This document shows, in pieces, positions 55,172 to 63,514 of a stretch of DNA of 64,000 nucleotides. The DNA lies in IMG/VR virus record IMGVR_UViG_3300046739_000039, positions 47,672-111,671 of that record, one strand, 5' to 3'. Numbering within the stretch: the first letter of the stretch is position 1; every line of letters begins with the position of its first letter. The notes beneath the pieces are model-generated. The model saw only the letters and a list, made by a program, of their open reading frames with translations, was not told the origin of the DNA and did no database searches. The position numbers and the translations under genes are program-made. The stretch comes from a virus. Its lineage: Duplodnaviria > Caudoviricetes.

Positions 55172-55304
55172 CCCTTCCCGCCTCCCTTCCTGTGAGGCTC
55201 TGTATGCCCGTGTGCTGCGTTGTGAGAGGAACACTAGCACGCGTCCCCCATGCCTCCCTGTACGCGCGTGAGACAGCCTCTCAGACACGCTCTGAGCTGC
55301 GGAG

Positions 55305-55332
55305 TTGACATCCGCTCGCATCGGAGTAATGT
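55305..55332 (+). promoter_or_regulatory. Candidate rightward early promoter
   Basis: TTGACA-N16-TAATGT; -35 in the loop of GCGGA/TCCGC. Confidence 0.45.
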
Positions 55333-55375
55333 TCTCCATGTCGCCACCACGGCGGCACGAACGAAAGGGGCCACG

Positions 55376-55627
55376 GTGGCGCTCGTTACGGTCGTAGAGG
55401 TAGTGGAAGGGGAACGTCCCTCCATTATCTTCTACGGAGAGTTTCCGACGCTCGATGATGCGACGGTTGCTCTCCTGGAGTTTGAGGAAGAGCACGTGCA
55501 ACAGGACTGGTTGGCTGAAGTGGCTTACAAGGTAGGTTTCTACCGTGAGCAGACAGGCTATCAGTTCAGCATGGTTGACAGCGGCCGTGAAGACGTGACA
55601 ACCTACGTCTACACAGTCACCCAGTAG
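55376..55627 (+). CDS. Hypothetical protein
   Basis: GAAAGGGG + GTG 55376. Confidence 0.6.
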   Translation: MALVTVVEVVEGERPSIIFYGEFPTLDDATVALLEFEEEHVQQDWLAEVAYKVGFYREQTGYQFSMVDSGREDVTTYVYTVTQ

Positions 55628-55639
55628 GGAGCAAAGGAC

Positions 55640-55990
55640 ATGACTAGTGCACACGGTAGCAATGGCAAGGCTGTCCCGGTACCTCAGCGGGTTATGGATA
55701 TCGTCACGGAAAAGGGAATTCCTTTCCGTGTCGCATATGGGAATCGCCCGTATGCCTCTGGTGAACTCGCGTCCTTCCCCACCGTGGCTTTCTACGACGC
55801 ACGGTTTACGATGAAGTCGCCCGTTCACGCACACGGTCAGTTCGTGTCAGATTACAGCGTTGAAACGCTGCTAGAGCGTCAGAGTGGTTGGCCGCTCACC
55901 CTTGACGGGGGCGTGTCCAACTGGGAGATTGACGCTAGTACCATGGCACTGGTTAAGATGTGGCTTGTTCATCTCTTCCTCGCTAAGTAG
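55640..55990 (+). CDS. Hypothetical protein
   Basis: V.FYD.R......HGQFVS.Y..ETLL......L.L.GGV..W.ID. Confidence 0.7.
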   Translation: MTSAHGSNGKAVPVPQRVMDIVTEKGIPFRVAYGNRPYASGELASFPTVAFYDARFTMKSPVHAHGQFVSDYSVETLLERQSGWPLTLDGGVSNWEIDASTMALVKMWLVHLFLAK

Positions 55991-56086
55991 TTCTAGCCTC
56001 CACTATCGTCTAGGGACTTGACAGTCCCTAGGCGGTAGGGTTCACTAGAGCCACACCAACCGCACTACCCACTAAGGGGTTTCACC

Positions 56087-56326
56087 ATGGCTAACCTTCT
56101 GATCACCCGCACTTGCGCTGAGCACGTGGCGCATGGTGGGAGTGTTGACCTTACCTGTTTCGATGAGGCTACCCTCCAGTACCTTGCGGTTTTGATGGAG
56201 TTCGCCCCTGTTGAGAACATCATCCCGCTTGCTCGTGAGTGGTTTGATCAGGAAGACTACGATCACGCGTCTGTCACTTTCGCGGATATTGAAGGTGAAG
56301 AGTTCTTCATTTCCTTCACTGCATAG
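56087..56326 (+). CDS. Small acidic hypothetical protein
   Basis: AAGGGG RBS. Confidence 0.6.
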   Translation: MANLLITRTCAEHVAHGGSVDLTCFDEATLQYLAVLMEFAPVENIIPLAREWFDQEDYDHASVTFADIEGEEFFISFTA

Positions 56327-56378
56327 TGGGATTTAGGGCCGTTCCCCTGATAAAGGGGAATAGCTCTATGTCTTCCTA
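56324..56378 (+). repeat. Stop-anchored hairpin element, copy 2
   Basis: TAG TGG GATTTAG ggccgttcccc...ggggaatagct CTATGT cttc CTA (C-G to A-U compensatory change). Confidence 0.75.
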
Positions 56379-56407
56379 AACAGTAGGAAGCTAGTTCGGA
56401 GGCAATT

Positions 56408-57037
56408 GTGTCTGAGTTTAAGTCTATGTCGGTCGTTGTTCAGTCGCCTAAGACTTTCATTGAGCCTGTAAAGCTCTCGCCTCTCAAGAGTTTTTGGCAC
56501 CGTGTGACCGGTAAGGATGTTCCCACCGTGGAATTCCCCCACCTGCACACGCTTGAGCTTGACGACACGCATGATGCGAGTATGGTCGAAAACCTGTTTG
56601 ACCGGCTGGATATGGCGGAATACGAACTCGTTTCGCTCATTGTCAATGGGTACGACTTTACCGAGGAAATGGTAAAGCACGTGCATTACCTGTCGAATGT
56701 GCCTCTCTTCTTTGAAGCACTGATTAACGACTCGTATAGTGCGGATGTTATCTGCGCATTCATTACCGAAAGGGATTGCGCGGACGTTGATAACTGGATG
56801 GACCCTATCCATTTCTCTGGTTCCTCTCATGAGGAAGTGGTTACGGAATGGATGGAGGTCTTCCACAAGGTGTACACTCCGGTTTACCGTAGTTACCGGG
56901 ATGATGACTACGTGGAGACTGCCCCCGTTCCTTCCTGGATGACTGTAGACTGGGAAGACACGTTGGACAGTATTGCGAGGGATAATTCCTCCAGCGTGGT
57001 GGAGTTCGGAGGAATGGTTTACTTCTTCGGCGAGTAA
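56408..57037 (+). CDS. Acidic protein, possibly ArdA-like antirestriction/DNA mimic
   Basis: GGAGG + GTG; D/E-rich; C-terminal VP.W..VDWE.T....ARD....V...G.VYFF. Confidence 0.4.
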   Translation: MSEFKSMSVVVQSPKTFIEPVKLSPLKSFWHRVTGKDVPTVEFPHLHTLELDDTHDASMVENLFDRLDMAEYELVSLIVNGYDFTEEMVKHVHYLSNVPLFFEALINDSYSADVICAFITERDCADVDNWMDPIHFSGSSHEEVVTEWMEVFHKVYTPVYRSYRDDDYVETAPVPSWMTVDWEDTLDSIARDNSSSVVEFGGMVYFFGE

Positions 57038-57093
57038 TTACCCGCTTTAATCATTCGCCCCTTAATTGGGGCGGGTGGTTATGGCTGATAATT
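57035..57093 (+). repeat. Stop-anchored hairpin element, copy 3
   Basis: TAA TTACCC GCTTTAA tcattcgcccc...ggggcgggtgg TTATGG (G-C to A-U change; three G.U pairs). Confidence 0.75.
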
Positions 57094-57117
57094 CAGTCGG
57101 TAAAAGGAAGCGGAGTA

Positions 57118-57318
57118 ATGGAACACAATTACAAGGTACCTCACACGACGCGCCACGGTGGACGTCCCTATACGGACAGCATAGAGTGTCGCAAGTGCGT
57201 ACGGTGGCGAAAGTGGGATACGTTCGCTGTCTGGACCATGACTAGTTTCGTTATCTCTCTGGTAGTAGGCTATCCCTTGTGGATTGTCTTTATCGCATGG
57301 GTTTGTGGAGCGCTGTAA
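57118..57318 (+). CDS. Small membrane protein
   Basis: AAGGA RBS; hydrophobic C-terminus. Confidence 0.55.
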   Translation: MEHNYKVPHTTRHGGRPYTDSIECRKCVRWRKWDTFAVWTMTSFVISLVVGYPLWIVFIAWVCGAL

Positions 57319-57373
57319 TTGGTGGCTCTAGTCATTCTCCCTTTCATTAGGGAGAGTGGCTAAAGCTAGCAAT
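57316..57373 (+). repeat. Stop-anchored hairpin element, copy 4 (variant)
   Basis: TAA TTGGTG GCTCTAG tcattctccct...agggagagtgg CTAAAG c. Confidence 0.6.
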
Positions 57374-57413
57374 CGCTAGTGAGTACAGGGTTTGATGAAA
57401 GGCACAAAAAGTT

Positions 57414-57647
57414 ATGGCTATTGCTACGTATGAGAACCAGTCTCCTTCTGAGATCCGTACGGGTGATGTGGTTACCGATTCACTCGGCCGTACATTTATC
57501 GCGCTCTCGGATGCTGAGCTGGACATGGGAGATTTTCAGGTCCTGGGCATTACTGCTGAGGGTATTGAGAAGTGGTTTACCCTTGACACTAAGTCTGCCG
57601 TTGACATCTCTTACGATGAGTCCGTTTGGAATCAGGATGATATTTAA
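57414..57647 (+). CDS. Small acidic hypothetical protein
   Basis: GAAAGG RBS. Confidence 0.6.
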   Translation: MAIATYENQSPSEIRTGDVVTDSLGRTFIALSDAELDMGDFQVLGITAEGIEKWFTLDTKSAVDISYDESVWNQDDI

Positions 57648-57677
57648 TATCCTCTGCTGTAACTAACTGAATAGCTT

Positions 57678-57726
57678 AAAGGCCGATAGCCTCATTCTTC
57701 GCTAGAATGGGGTTGTCGGCTTTTTT
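57678..57726 (+). terminator. Intrinsic terminator of the rightward early arm
   Basis: GCCGATAGCCTCATTCT...AGAATGGGGTTGTCGGC TTTTTT. Confidence 0.75.
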
Positions 57727-57754
57727 GCGTTTTCAGCTATTCCATTGGAGAAAC

Positions 57755-57961
57755 ATGGATAACCAAACCCAGTCCGCAAAGTTATGGGACAGAAAGACTT
57801 ATATAAGCGCTGCCATTTCAGCCCTATTGGCTGCGGCTGTTGCTTGCACCGTGTGCGCCGTTCGCGGGGAGACCCTGGCTCTAGGTCAGTCCCCTGCCGC
57901 TAGCGTCTCAGATGGGCACACAGCTACCTCTACGGGCCTATGCCTGGCAGGTGGGAAGTAA
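57755..57961 (+). CDS. Small membrane/secreted protein
   Basis: GGAG + ATG 57755; hydrophobic ISAAISALLAAAVAC; TAATG coupling to next ORF. Confidence 0.45.
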   Translation: MDNQTQSAKLWDRKTYISAAISALLAAAVACTVCAVRGETLALGQSPAASVSDGHTATSTGLCLAGGK

Positions 57962-58125
57962 TGCCGTATGAGGTACGCAAAGTACGCGGAGGATACAAGG
58001 CAGCGCATAAGGGAGGCAAGACATACAGCAACCACCCGCAGAGCAAGGCAACGGCGCGCGCACAGGTACAGGCTATCGCCATCCATACACACGAGTTCAG
58101 CCATGGTGCGCAGAGCACCCGTTAA
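57961..58125 (+). CDS. Small basic protein (MPY.V.K..GGYK...A.AQ..A type)
   Basis: MPYEVRKVRGGYKAAHKGGKTYSNHPQSKATARAQVQAIAIH. Confidence 0.55.
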   Translation: MPYEVRKVRGGYKAAHKGGKTYSNHPQSKATARAQVQAIAIHTHEFSHGAQSTR

Positions 58126-58283
58126 GGGCCCTAGGCGCCTCTCTGACAGCCTCCCGTACCCCAGTTGGACACAGAGACCCGCACCACAAAGGATCTTGCT
58201 ACAGGGCCGTACAGAGCTTCTTTGTACCTGATACAAATCCTGTGTCGGCACGCCTTGCTGTGTCCCTGTCAAGTCAACACATA

Positions 58284-58330
58284 CGAAAAACCCCTAGCCT
58301 CTCAGCTATCGAGAGAACTAGGGGTTTTCG
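58284..58330 (-). terminator. Terminator of the leftward early arm (possibly bidirectional)
   Basis: CGAAAAACCCCTAG...CTAGGGGTTTTCG. Confidence 0.7.
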
Positions 58331-58368
58331 CTTTACAGGGGGATTGCTACTGCGCGCATTTCGTTCCC

Positions 58369-58566
58369 CTACTCGTGAAACAGAATCTTTCCATCCTTGA
58401 CGCAAATTGTCTTTGCGCTCTTGTCCACGTGTCCGTGAGCCATAGCGACACAATCCTTTTTGAACTGTTCGTTACGGCTCATAGGGTTAAGCACCAGAAC
58501 GGCCAGAGCCATTGACGACGCCACACCCATACACAAACCAAAAAGCATCGCTGCGGGAACTTCCAT
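58369..58566 (-). CDS. Small membrane-anchored protein
   Basis: GAAAGG RBS; N-terminal hydrophobic helix. Confidence 0.6.
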   Translation of the reverse strand: MEVPAAMLFGLCMGVASSMALAVLVLNPMSRNEQFKKDCVAMAHGHVDKSAKTICVKDGKILFHE

Positions 58567-58582
58567 GTTGGCTTTTCCTTTC

Positions 58583-58643
58583 AGTTAGAAAGCCATAGAG
58601 AAAGCCACTCTTTCGAATGGCTATCCCTAAAGCACGCTAACTA
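58583..58643 (-). repeat. Stop-anchored hairpin element, copy 5
   Basis: TAG T TAG CGT GCTTTAG ggatagccattc GAAA gagtggctttct CTATGG cttt CTA. Confidence 0.8.
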
Positions 58644-59228
58644 GCGACCGACAGCAAACCGCATGAGGGAGAATTCATCTCCCTGTGTGACGCTCTGGAA
58701 GTGCTCCAGAACCTGAAGAGTCCAGACGTTACCAGGACCACGGACAGCCTTAGCAATGGCGCACGTGTTGTGATTGCTGAGAAGAGAAGGCCAGATATCG
58801 GCCACCTGCTCAGAAGTTCCGCCCGTAGCGTCATAAACCTTAAAGGAAATGTTGCGTGCCCTCTGGAAAGAAGAACCCTTCTTAAAGGCACTTGCAACGA
58901 AAACCACGGAGGTAACCGGATTGGGAATCTTACCGAAATCGAGAGTAACCGTCTCGTCGTCACCCTCACCGTGACCAGTCTGGTTATCGCCACTGTGAAC
59001 CATAGAGCCATTGCCCAGGGGATCGAGAGAATCCAGACCAGCAAGACGCACGGGATTCTCACCACTCATAGCAATTGCAATCAGGTCAAGATCCGTGCCA
59101 GCCTTCTTCTTAATCTTGCCAAGCAAGCCACCCGATGCACCCGCAGTAGTGTCCCACGAAACGCCAATCTGAAGATGCGTAACGCCGTCAAGATCGGCAG
59201 CGTCCATGTCCTTCGTAAGCGTAATCAT
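58641..59228 (-). CDS. TerD/TerZ-family stress-response protein
   Basis: G.SWD; DLDL.A; HSGDNQTG.GEGDDE...LD...IP. Confidence 0.88.
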   Translation of the reverse strand: MITLTKDMDAADLDGVTHLQIGVSWDTTAGASGGLLGKIKKKAGTDLDLIAIAMSGENPVRLAGLDSLDPLGNGSMVHSGDNQTGHGEGDDETVTLDFGKIPNPVTSVVFVASAFKKGSSFQRARNISFKVYDATGGTSEQVADIWPSLLSNHNTCAIAKAVRGPGNVWTLQVLEHFQSVTQGDEFSLMRFAVGR

Positions 59229-59249
59229 TATTGCTTTTCTCCATTCGGT

Positions 59250-59303
59250 TAGTGGACCATAGAGACTATCGGAATTATTCCCGATAATCCCTAAAGCACA
59301 CTA
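59250..59303 (-). repeat. Stop-anchored hairpin element, copy 6
   Basis: TAG TGT GCTTTAG ggattatcgg...ccgatagtct CTATGG tcca CTA. Confidence 0.8.
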
Positions 59304-59465
59304 CTTACTGAAAGTCTTTACCGCGAGATAACCAACGCCGCCCAGCGCAAGAAATCCAAGTACCCATGCAATTGCGAGAATTACCTTACCCAGGAATGCA
59401 AGGATCGTTCCCAAAATGAAAAGCAGGATAACAGCTCCGACAATTCCAGCAATCATCTTAGACAT
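59301..59465 (-). CDS. 54-aa two-helix membrane protein (not in track)
   Basis: GAAAGGG RBS; MSKMIAGIVGAVILLFILGTILAFLGKVILAIAWVLGFLALGGVGYLAVKTFSK. Confidence 0.65.
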   Translation of the reverse strand: MSKMIAGIVGAVILLFILGTILAFLGKVILAIAWVLGFLALGGVGYLAVKTFSK

Positions 59466-59527
59466 TTCTTATGCCCTTTCTAGTTGGGAGGGAAAGACTC
59501 CCCTTTCGGGGAGCCTAACCCACTCGA

Positions 59528-60385
59528 CTAGAACGGAGCGTCAGCAGACTGGTTATGCAGCACTGCATTTACCTGCCGCATCCAGTAATCCCGCGCGCTC
59601 TGAGTAATGGCCGTGTGTGCCAGGTCCCAGATATTAGGGTTAACACCCTTGGGGCACGGCTCCACACTTTCAGGCTCATCGAGAGCAAGACCATTCTTGA
59701 GAATGGAACTCTCATAAACCATGTCGCCAGTCTCAGCGTCAATGAACTGATCAAGGCCCTTGATCTCCGGGAGAGGCTTAGGCGCCACCTTAACCGTGAT
59801 CGTTTCCTCCGCGATGAGCTTTTCCCCCTTGGCAGCGTCCAACTCCCTACGGGGCCCCTTAGGGTCGGTCTCAGGGTCAACGGGAACCGTGACCTTAGTC
59901 CCGTCCGCAGCAATCACGGGAATCTCAGCGGGGGTGATCTCAGAATCAAGATCATCGTACGAAACCTCAGCAGGCTTACCCGTGAATTCCGGGGCCTGTG
60001 AAAGGTCCATGTCCTGAGACTCAGCAACACGCGCCGCGTACGCCGTACGATCCGCGTAATCCTGTTCCTTAGCAGTGAGCTTCTTAGGCTCCGCCTTAAC
60101 GGTCGGGACAACTCCGTCAAGCGCATTCCGCGCGATATTCACCGCATTCTCTGCGCTGATATCCGGAACGATGATCCACACGTTACCGCGCTCGAACTCC
60201 ACCAGTTCGGCATCCGCAAGAATTCCGAGGAGATCAAACGCATTCTCTCCGATTTCATCGCTCATTTCCTGAACGGTAACCGGCGCTTCCTCGCTTGCCT
60301 CAAACTCCACCAGAGTGGAGAACAGACCGACAAGCTTGGCAGTGTCAACGGCCGGAACGTCATTCTTCGTGCCGCGCTTAGCCAT
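59528..60385 (-). CDS. Acidic hypothetical protein (possible N-terminal winged helix)
   Basis: GAAAGGA RBS; own promoter. Confidence 0.7.
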   Translation of the reverse strand: MAKRGTKNDVPAVDTAKLVGLFSTLVEFEASEEAPVTVQEMSDEIGENAFDLLGILADAELVEFERGNVWIIVPDISAENAVNIARNALDGVVPTVKAEPKKLTAKEQDYADRTAYAARVAESQDMDLSQAPEFTGKPAEVSYDDLDSEITPAEIPVIAADGTKVTVPVDPETDPKGPRRELDAAKGEKLIAEETITVKVAPKPLPEIKGLDQFIDAETGDMVYESSILKNGLALDEPESVEPCPKGVNPNIWDLAHTAITQSARDYWMRQVNAVLHNQSADAPF

Positions 60386-60422
60386 TGTGCTTTCCTTTCG
60401 TTCGGTTCCTCCGTTAGGAACC

Positions 60423-60485
60423 TGATAGGGAAGAACTTACCGGAGCAAGTTCTACCCTGTCAAGCCACCAACTCAAGATCTTTTA
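60423..60485 (-). promoter_or_regulatory. Early promoter within an inverted repeat, with upstream 12-mer
   Basis: TAAAAGATCTTG-N10-TTGACA (60458-60463)-N18-TAAGTT; IR 60423-60438 / 60447-60462. Confidence 0.65.
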
Positions 60486-61157
60486 CAGCTCACACGGTCC
60501 GCCACAATGACCGCAGAAATCCTCTTCCGGCTCTTCCTCGTACGGGTCTCCGCAGATGTTGCACCACTCGTCACCACACCCGTAAGACTCCCTGTAACCG
60601 TATTCGTCGTAATAGTCATTCGGCCATTCGACTACGGTTTCACCTACCGTGTAGACACTCGGGATGATATCCGAATCAACGTCATCCGTGTTGTCATAGA
60701 ACCACTGTGCGACCGTTTCAGCGTCGTACGCGCTCCGTTCCTCCATCAACTCTTCCAGAGCCTCAGAGCGCCACTGAACGCGTTCCTTACGGCGGATCTC
60801 CCTACGGTGCCCCGATCCCTTGTCTCCTTCGTCCGCGTACCTGTGGGGCAGGATACGGGAGTTTGCGGAGACTCCGGAGCCGTTCACGTACTTGCGTCGC
60901 GCTCCGTCGCGAAGACCGGAGACCGGAACACCCTTTTCCGTCGCGTGACGGAGCTTCGGGCGGTTGTAACGGTACTCGTTCGGCATGGCCTTGAGAAACG
61001 CGTTCCACAACTTCATCGCGGACACGTAGCGGTAGTATGCCTCGTACCATTCCGACAGGTGCGGGTACTCCCGGTATTCGGGCCAACGCGGCTTTTCCAT
61101 CCGCTCACCCGTCAGACGGTTGAAGGCGGTAACACCCGTTCGCGTGATCCGGTACAT
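60483..61157 (-). CDS. Hypothetical protein (basic core, acidic Cys-rich C-terminus)
   Basis: GGAAGGA RBS; own promoter. Confidence 0.65.
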   Translation of the reverse strand: MYRITRTGVTAFNRLTGERMEKPRWPEYREYPHLSEWYEAYYRYVSAMKLWNAFLKAMPNEYRYNRPKLRHATEKGVPVSGLRDGARRKYVNGSGVSANSRILPHRYADEGDKGSGHRREIRRKERVQWRSEALEELMEERSAYDAETVAQWFYDNTDDVDSDIIPSVYTVGETVVEWPNDYYDEYGYRESYGCGDEWCNICGDPYEEEPEEDFCGHCGGPCEL

Positions 61158-61193
61158 ACTGTGTTCCTTCCTGCTGTCCTTCTTACAAGTCCT

Positions 61194-61256
61194 AATCTAG
61201 TGGACACCCCCGCACCCTGTCAACAGGTTCTAGCAAGATCTTTTAGACAGGGTGCG
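61194..61256 (-). promoter_or_regulatory. Early promoter with upstream 12-mer and flanking inverted repeat
   Basis: TAAAAGATCTTG-N10-TTGACA (61218-61223)-N18-TAGATT; IR CGCACCCTGTC / GACAGGGTGCG. Confidence 0.7.
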
Positions 61257-61270
61257 AGAGAATCAACTAG

Positions 61271-61762
61271 CTAATCCTCGTAAACGTCGTACAGGTCTGA
61301 ATCGAAATCGTCGTAATACGGAGTGTCAATATCCCTACGCTCGTATTCCAATTCCTCTTCCTCCCGGTCAAGGAAATCGGAGTATTCACCTGAAAGGTCA
61401 TTCCATTCGTCCCATGCCCGATATACATCACTGTAAATCGTGGCATTTACAAAGCCCTGAGAGTCATATCCAACAATTGCGTTGAAATCCTCAAAGAACT
61501 CGTAATAACCGAATGTTTCTGAGTCACCTGCACATTCCGTGGCGAATCCCAGAATACCGAGGACGGAAAGGATTTCCGCTTCAAGAGAGTTGTACTTGTG
61601 TCCGTGGTAATTCTCCGAACTCATCGGGGAATGCACGTGAAACACAAACCCATTACCCTTCGCGTCAAGGCTGAACGAGCGGCCGTGAAGATCACGCCAC
61701 ATGTTCCCCTTGAACTCCAGAAACTCCGTGCACGTAGCGCAGATACCGTAATGGTCAAGCAT
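61271..61762 (-). CDS. Acidic hypothetical protein
   Basis: GAAAGG RBS; D/E/Y-rich C-terminus. Confidence 0.65.
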   Translation of the reverse strand: MLDHYGICATCTEFLEFKGNMWRDLHGRSFSLDAKGNGFVFHVHSPMSSENYHGHKYNSLEAEILSVLGILGFATECAGDSETFGYYEFFEDFNAIVGYDSQGFVNATIYSDVYRAWDEWNDLSGEYSDFLDREEEELEYERRDIDTPYYDDFDSDLYDVYED

Positions 61763-61778
61763 TGTAACGCCTTTCAGC

Positions 61779-61832
61779 TAGGGGACTATAACCGATATCA
61801 CTAACAAAAGTGATATCGATTAAAGCTCACTA
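61779..61832 (-). repeat. Stop-anchored hairpin element, copy 7
   Basis: TAG TGA GCTTTAA tcgatatcac...gtgatatcgg TTATAG tccc CTA. Confidence 0.75.
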
Positions 61833-62042
61833 GAAAACCAGCGTTCCCAACCACCAGAGAATACCCACGGGAACCCCGATGATGATAGCGGACGCAATCA
61901 GGATTGCGCCGAAGCAACCACCTACGGCAAGGACCGTTGCGAGTGGTCCAGCGTCCCCGTAACCGTCCTCCAAAACGGACGTCATACGATATCCGAGTGA
62001 AACATCCTTACGAGTGCCCGGAAGGCGTGCCCAGTTAGGCAT
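61830..62042 (-). CDS. Small membrane protein
   Basis: GAAAGGA RBS; hydrophobic C-half. Confidence 0.6.
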   Translation of the reverse strand: MPNWARLPGTRKDVSLGYRMTSVLEDGYGDAGPLATVLAVGGCFGAILIASAIIIGVPVGILWWLGTLVF

Positions 62043-62059
62043 TTTAGGTTCCTTTCAAC

Positions 62060-62115
62060 TAGGTAACCATACCCGACGCTATCCGTTTAGAGATAGCGTC
62101 GAATAAAACTAACTA
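62060..62115 (-). repeat. Stop-anchored hairpin element, copy 8
   Basis: TAG TTA GTTTTAT tcgacgctatc...gatagcgtcgg GTATGG ttac CTA. Confidence 0.75.
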
Positions 62116-62580
62116 GTTGAACTTATTCGGCTTCACGACGTGAACAGAAAGAATGTTCGGGTACCAAGAAAGGAAATGGTTACGGATTCCGCGAACGTGG
62201 AAAACGTACGTCTTACCCTTCTTAATCTCACTGTATACGTCCGAAGAATCCCACTTCCCATTAACCAGGGAATCCGAATTCTCAAAAACTCCCTTATTTG
62301 TGAAGATAAGGTAAGTGGAAGAATTACCGTCATTCTTCACCACCTTATCCGTAACCGTAGCGGTAACGTCCTTAGTGGGATTCAGTGCCTCATAGGCACC
62401 ATACACACCAGCACTGAGCACAGCAACGGCGGAGAGTGCCACGATACCGCAACCAAGCTGAGTGGAGCGATGAGAGCGGCGGGGGTAGCTGGGACGTGCG
62501 TTGTAACGAGTGGTCGGGATACTCGCCGCAATCTGCGCGGGGGTTTCCTTACGCATGTTCGGCTTGTTGTCCTGAACCAT
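62113..62580 (-). CDS. Membrane-anchored protein (DUF1523-like)
   Basis: TM helix then TVTDK; YLIFT..GVFEN.DS...GK.DSSD.Y..IK.GKTY.F.V.G.R..FLS.YPNI. Confidence 0.6.
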   Translation of the reverse strand: MVQDNKPNMRKETPAQIAASIPTTRYNARPSYPRRSHRSTQLGCGIVALSAVAVLSAGVYGAYEALNPTKDVTATVTDKVVKNDGNSSTYLIFTNKGVFENSDSLVNGKWDSSDVYSEIKKGKTYVFHVRGIRNHFLSWYPNILSVHVVKPNKFN

Positions 62581-62619
62581 GTTTTACACTCCTGTTTTCG
62601 TGGGTTAGGTTCCTAGGTC

Positions 62620-62673
62620 TAGGTAACCATAGCCACTAGGGGAAGTCAATTCCCCTAGGACTAAAGCTAACTA
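62620..62673 (-). repeat. Stop-anchored hairpin element, copy 9
   Basis: TAG TTA GCTTTAG tcctaggggaa ttgac ttcccctagtgg CTATGG ttac CTA. Confidence 0.8.
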
Positions 62674-62874
62674 GAGCATTCCGGCACGCTGAGCAGTCTT
62701 GCGCATGATAACGCGCGTCTCACCCTTGACCGTAGAGGCGTACTGGAGCGCCGCACGCTTGCTCAGCGGCAGGTACTGCCCGAATACCACCCGCTCACCC
62801 TTAGACGTAGCCTGAACGGTCACGTAGTGGTTCGGACGAACGAGCGTGAACGGTGCGTTCATGAGAATCTGCAT
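62671..62874 (-). CDS. Small basic hypothetical protein
   Basis: AAAGGA RBS. Confidence 0.6.
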   Translation of the reverse strand: MQILMNAPFTLVRPNHYVTVQATSKGERVVFGQYLPLSKRAALQYASTVKGETRVIMRKTAQRAGML

Positions 62875-62888
62875 TTCTGAATTCCTTT

Positions 62889-63089
62889 TCAGTAAGCGTT
62901 GTTGTGAACGGTCATGCCGTTAGCTTTAGCGGTATTCACCACTCGCACATCACCTGTGTGCGTAGTAAAGGTGATGAATTCCTGTTGCACGAATGCTTTA
63001 CGCATTTCTACGCCAGTCTTTTCGGAATCGACGTGAAATGTTACCTCAGTGCCGTTATCCATGTGAAAGATAACCGTTGCGGAAGCCAT
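62889..63089 (-). CDS. Small hypothetical protein
   Basis: GAAAGG RBS. Confidence 0.6.
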   Translation of the reverse strand: MASATVIFHMDNGTEVTFHVDSEKTGVEMRKAFVQQEFITFTTHTGDVRVVNTAKANGMTVHNNAY

Positions 63090-63148
63090 TGTCTAGCCTT
63101 TCCAGGGGGAGCCTGTACGACTCTACAGGCTCCCCCGTGACGTGTCTG

Positions 63149-63415
63149 TCAGACGTTGGCCAGGAGCGACGCACGGACGTCCCTACGGACCCTTGCAGCG
63201 CCGCGCATGAGGCTTTCGAAAAGCTCAGCGTGAGCGGCAGTCATACGCGTCACACCAACAGGGCTCACGTCGGGACGCGCGTTGGTGTCGTAGTCGTCCG
63301 CGTAGTTCTCGCCGTAGGTGGCAGTCATCCGAGCATGCATGAGCTGAACGGCCTTCCGGTACTGCTGAACGCGTCGGTCGTTGGCAATGGCGAGACGAAT
63401 CTGAAGCTCGGTCAT
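63149..63415 (-). CDS. Hypothetical protein
   Basis: GAAAGG RBS; promoter upstream. Confidence 0.6.
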   Translation of the reverse strand: MTELQIRLAIANDRRVQQYRKAVQLMHARMTATYGENYADDYDTNARPDVSPVGVTRMTAAHAELFESLMRGAARVRRDVRASLLANV

Positions 63416-63462
63416 GGTACTAGCCTTTCGGTCTGTCTTGCTGCTGTCTGGCTTGCTAGGAC

Positions 63463-63503
63463 TAGCTAACCATCCCCGTTCCCCCGTGTCAAGCGGGGGA
63501 GCG
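63463..63503 (-). promoter_or_regulatory. Early promoter with -35 in the loop of an inverted repeat
   Basis: CGCTCCCCCG-cTTGACA-CGGGGGAACG; N18-TAGCTA. Confidence 0.5.
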
Positions 63504-63514
63504 AGAAAAGTTCT

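Noticed and set aside
58243-58272. Minus-strand TTGACAGGGA as another promoter
   Set aside because: No TAnnnT at 16-18 nt spacing.
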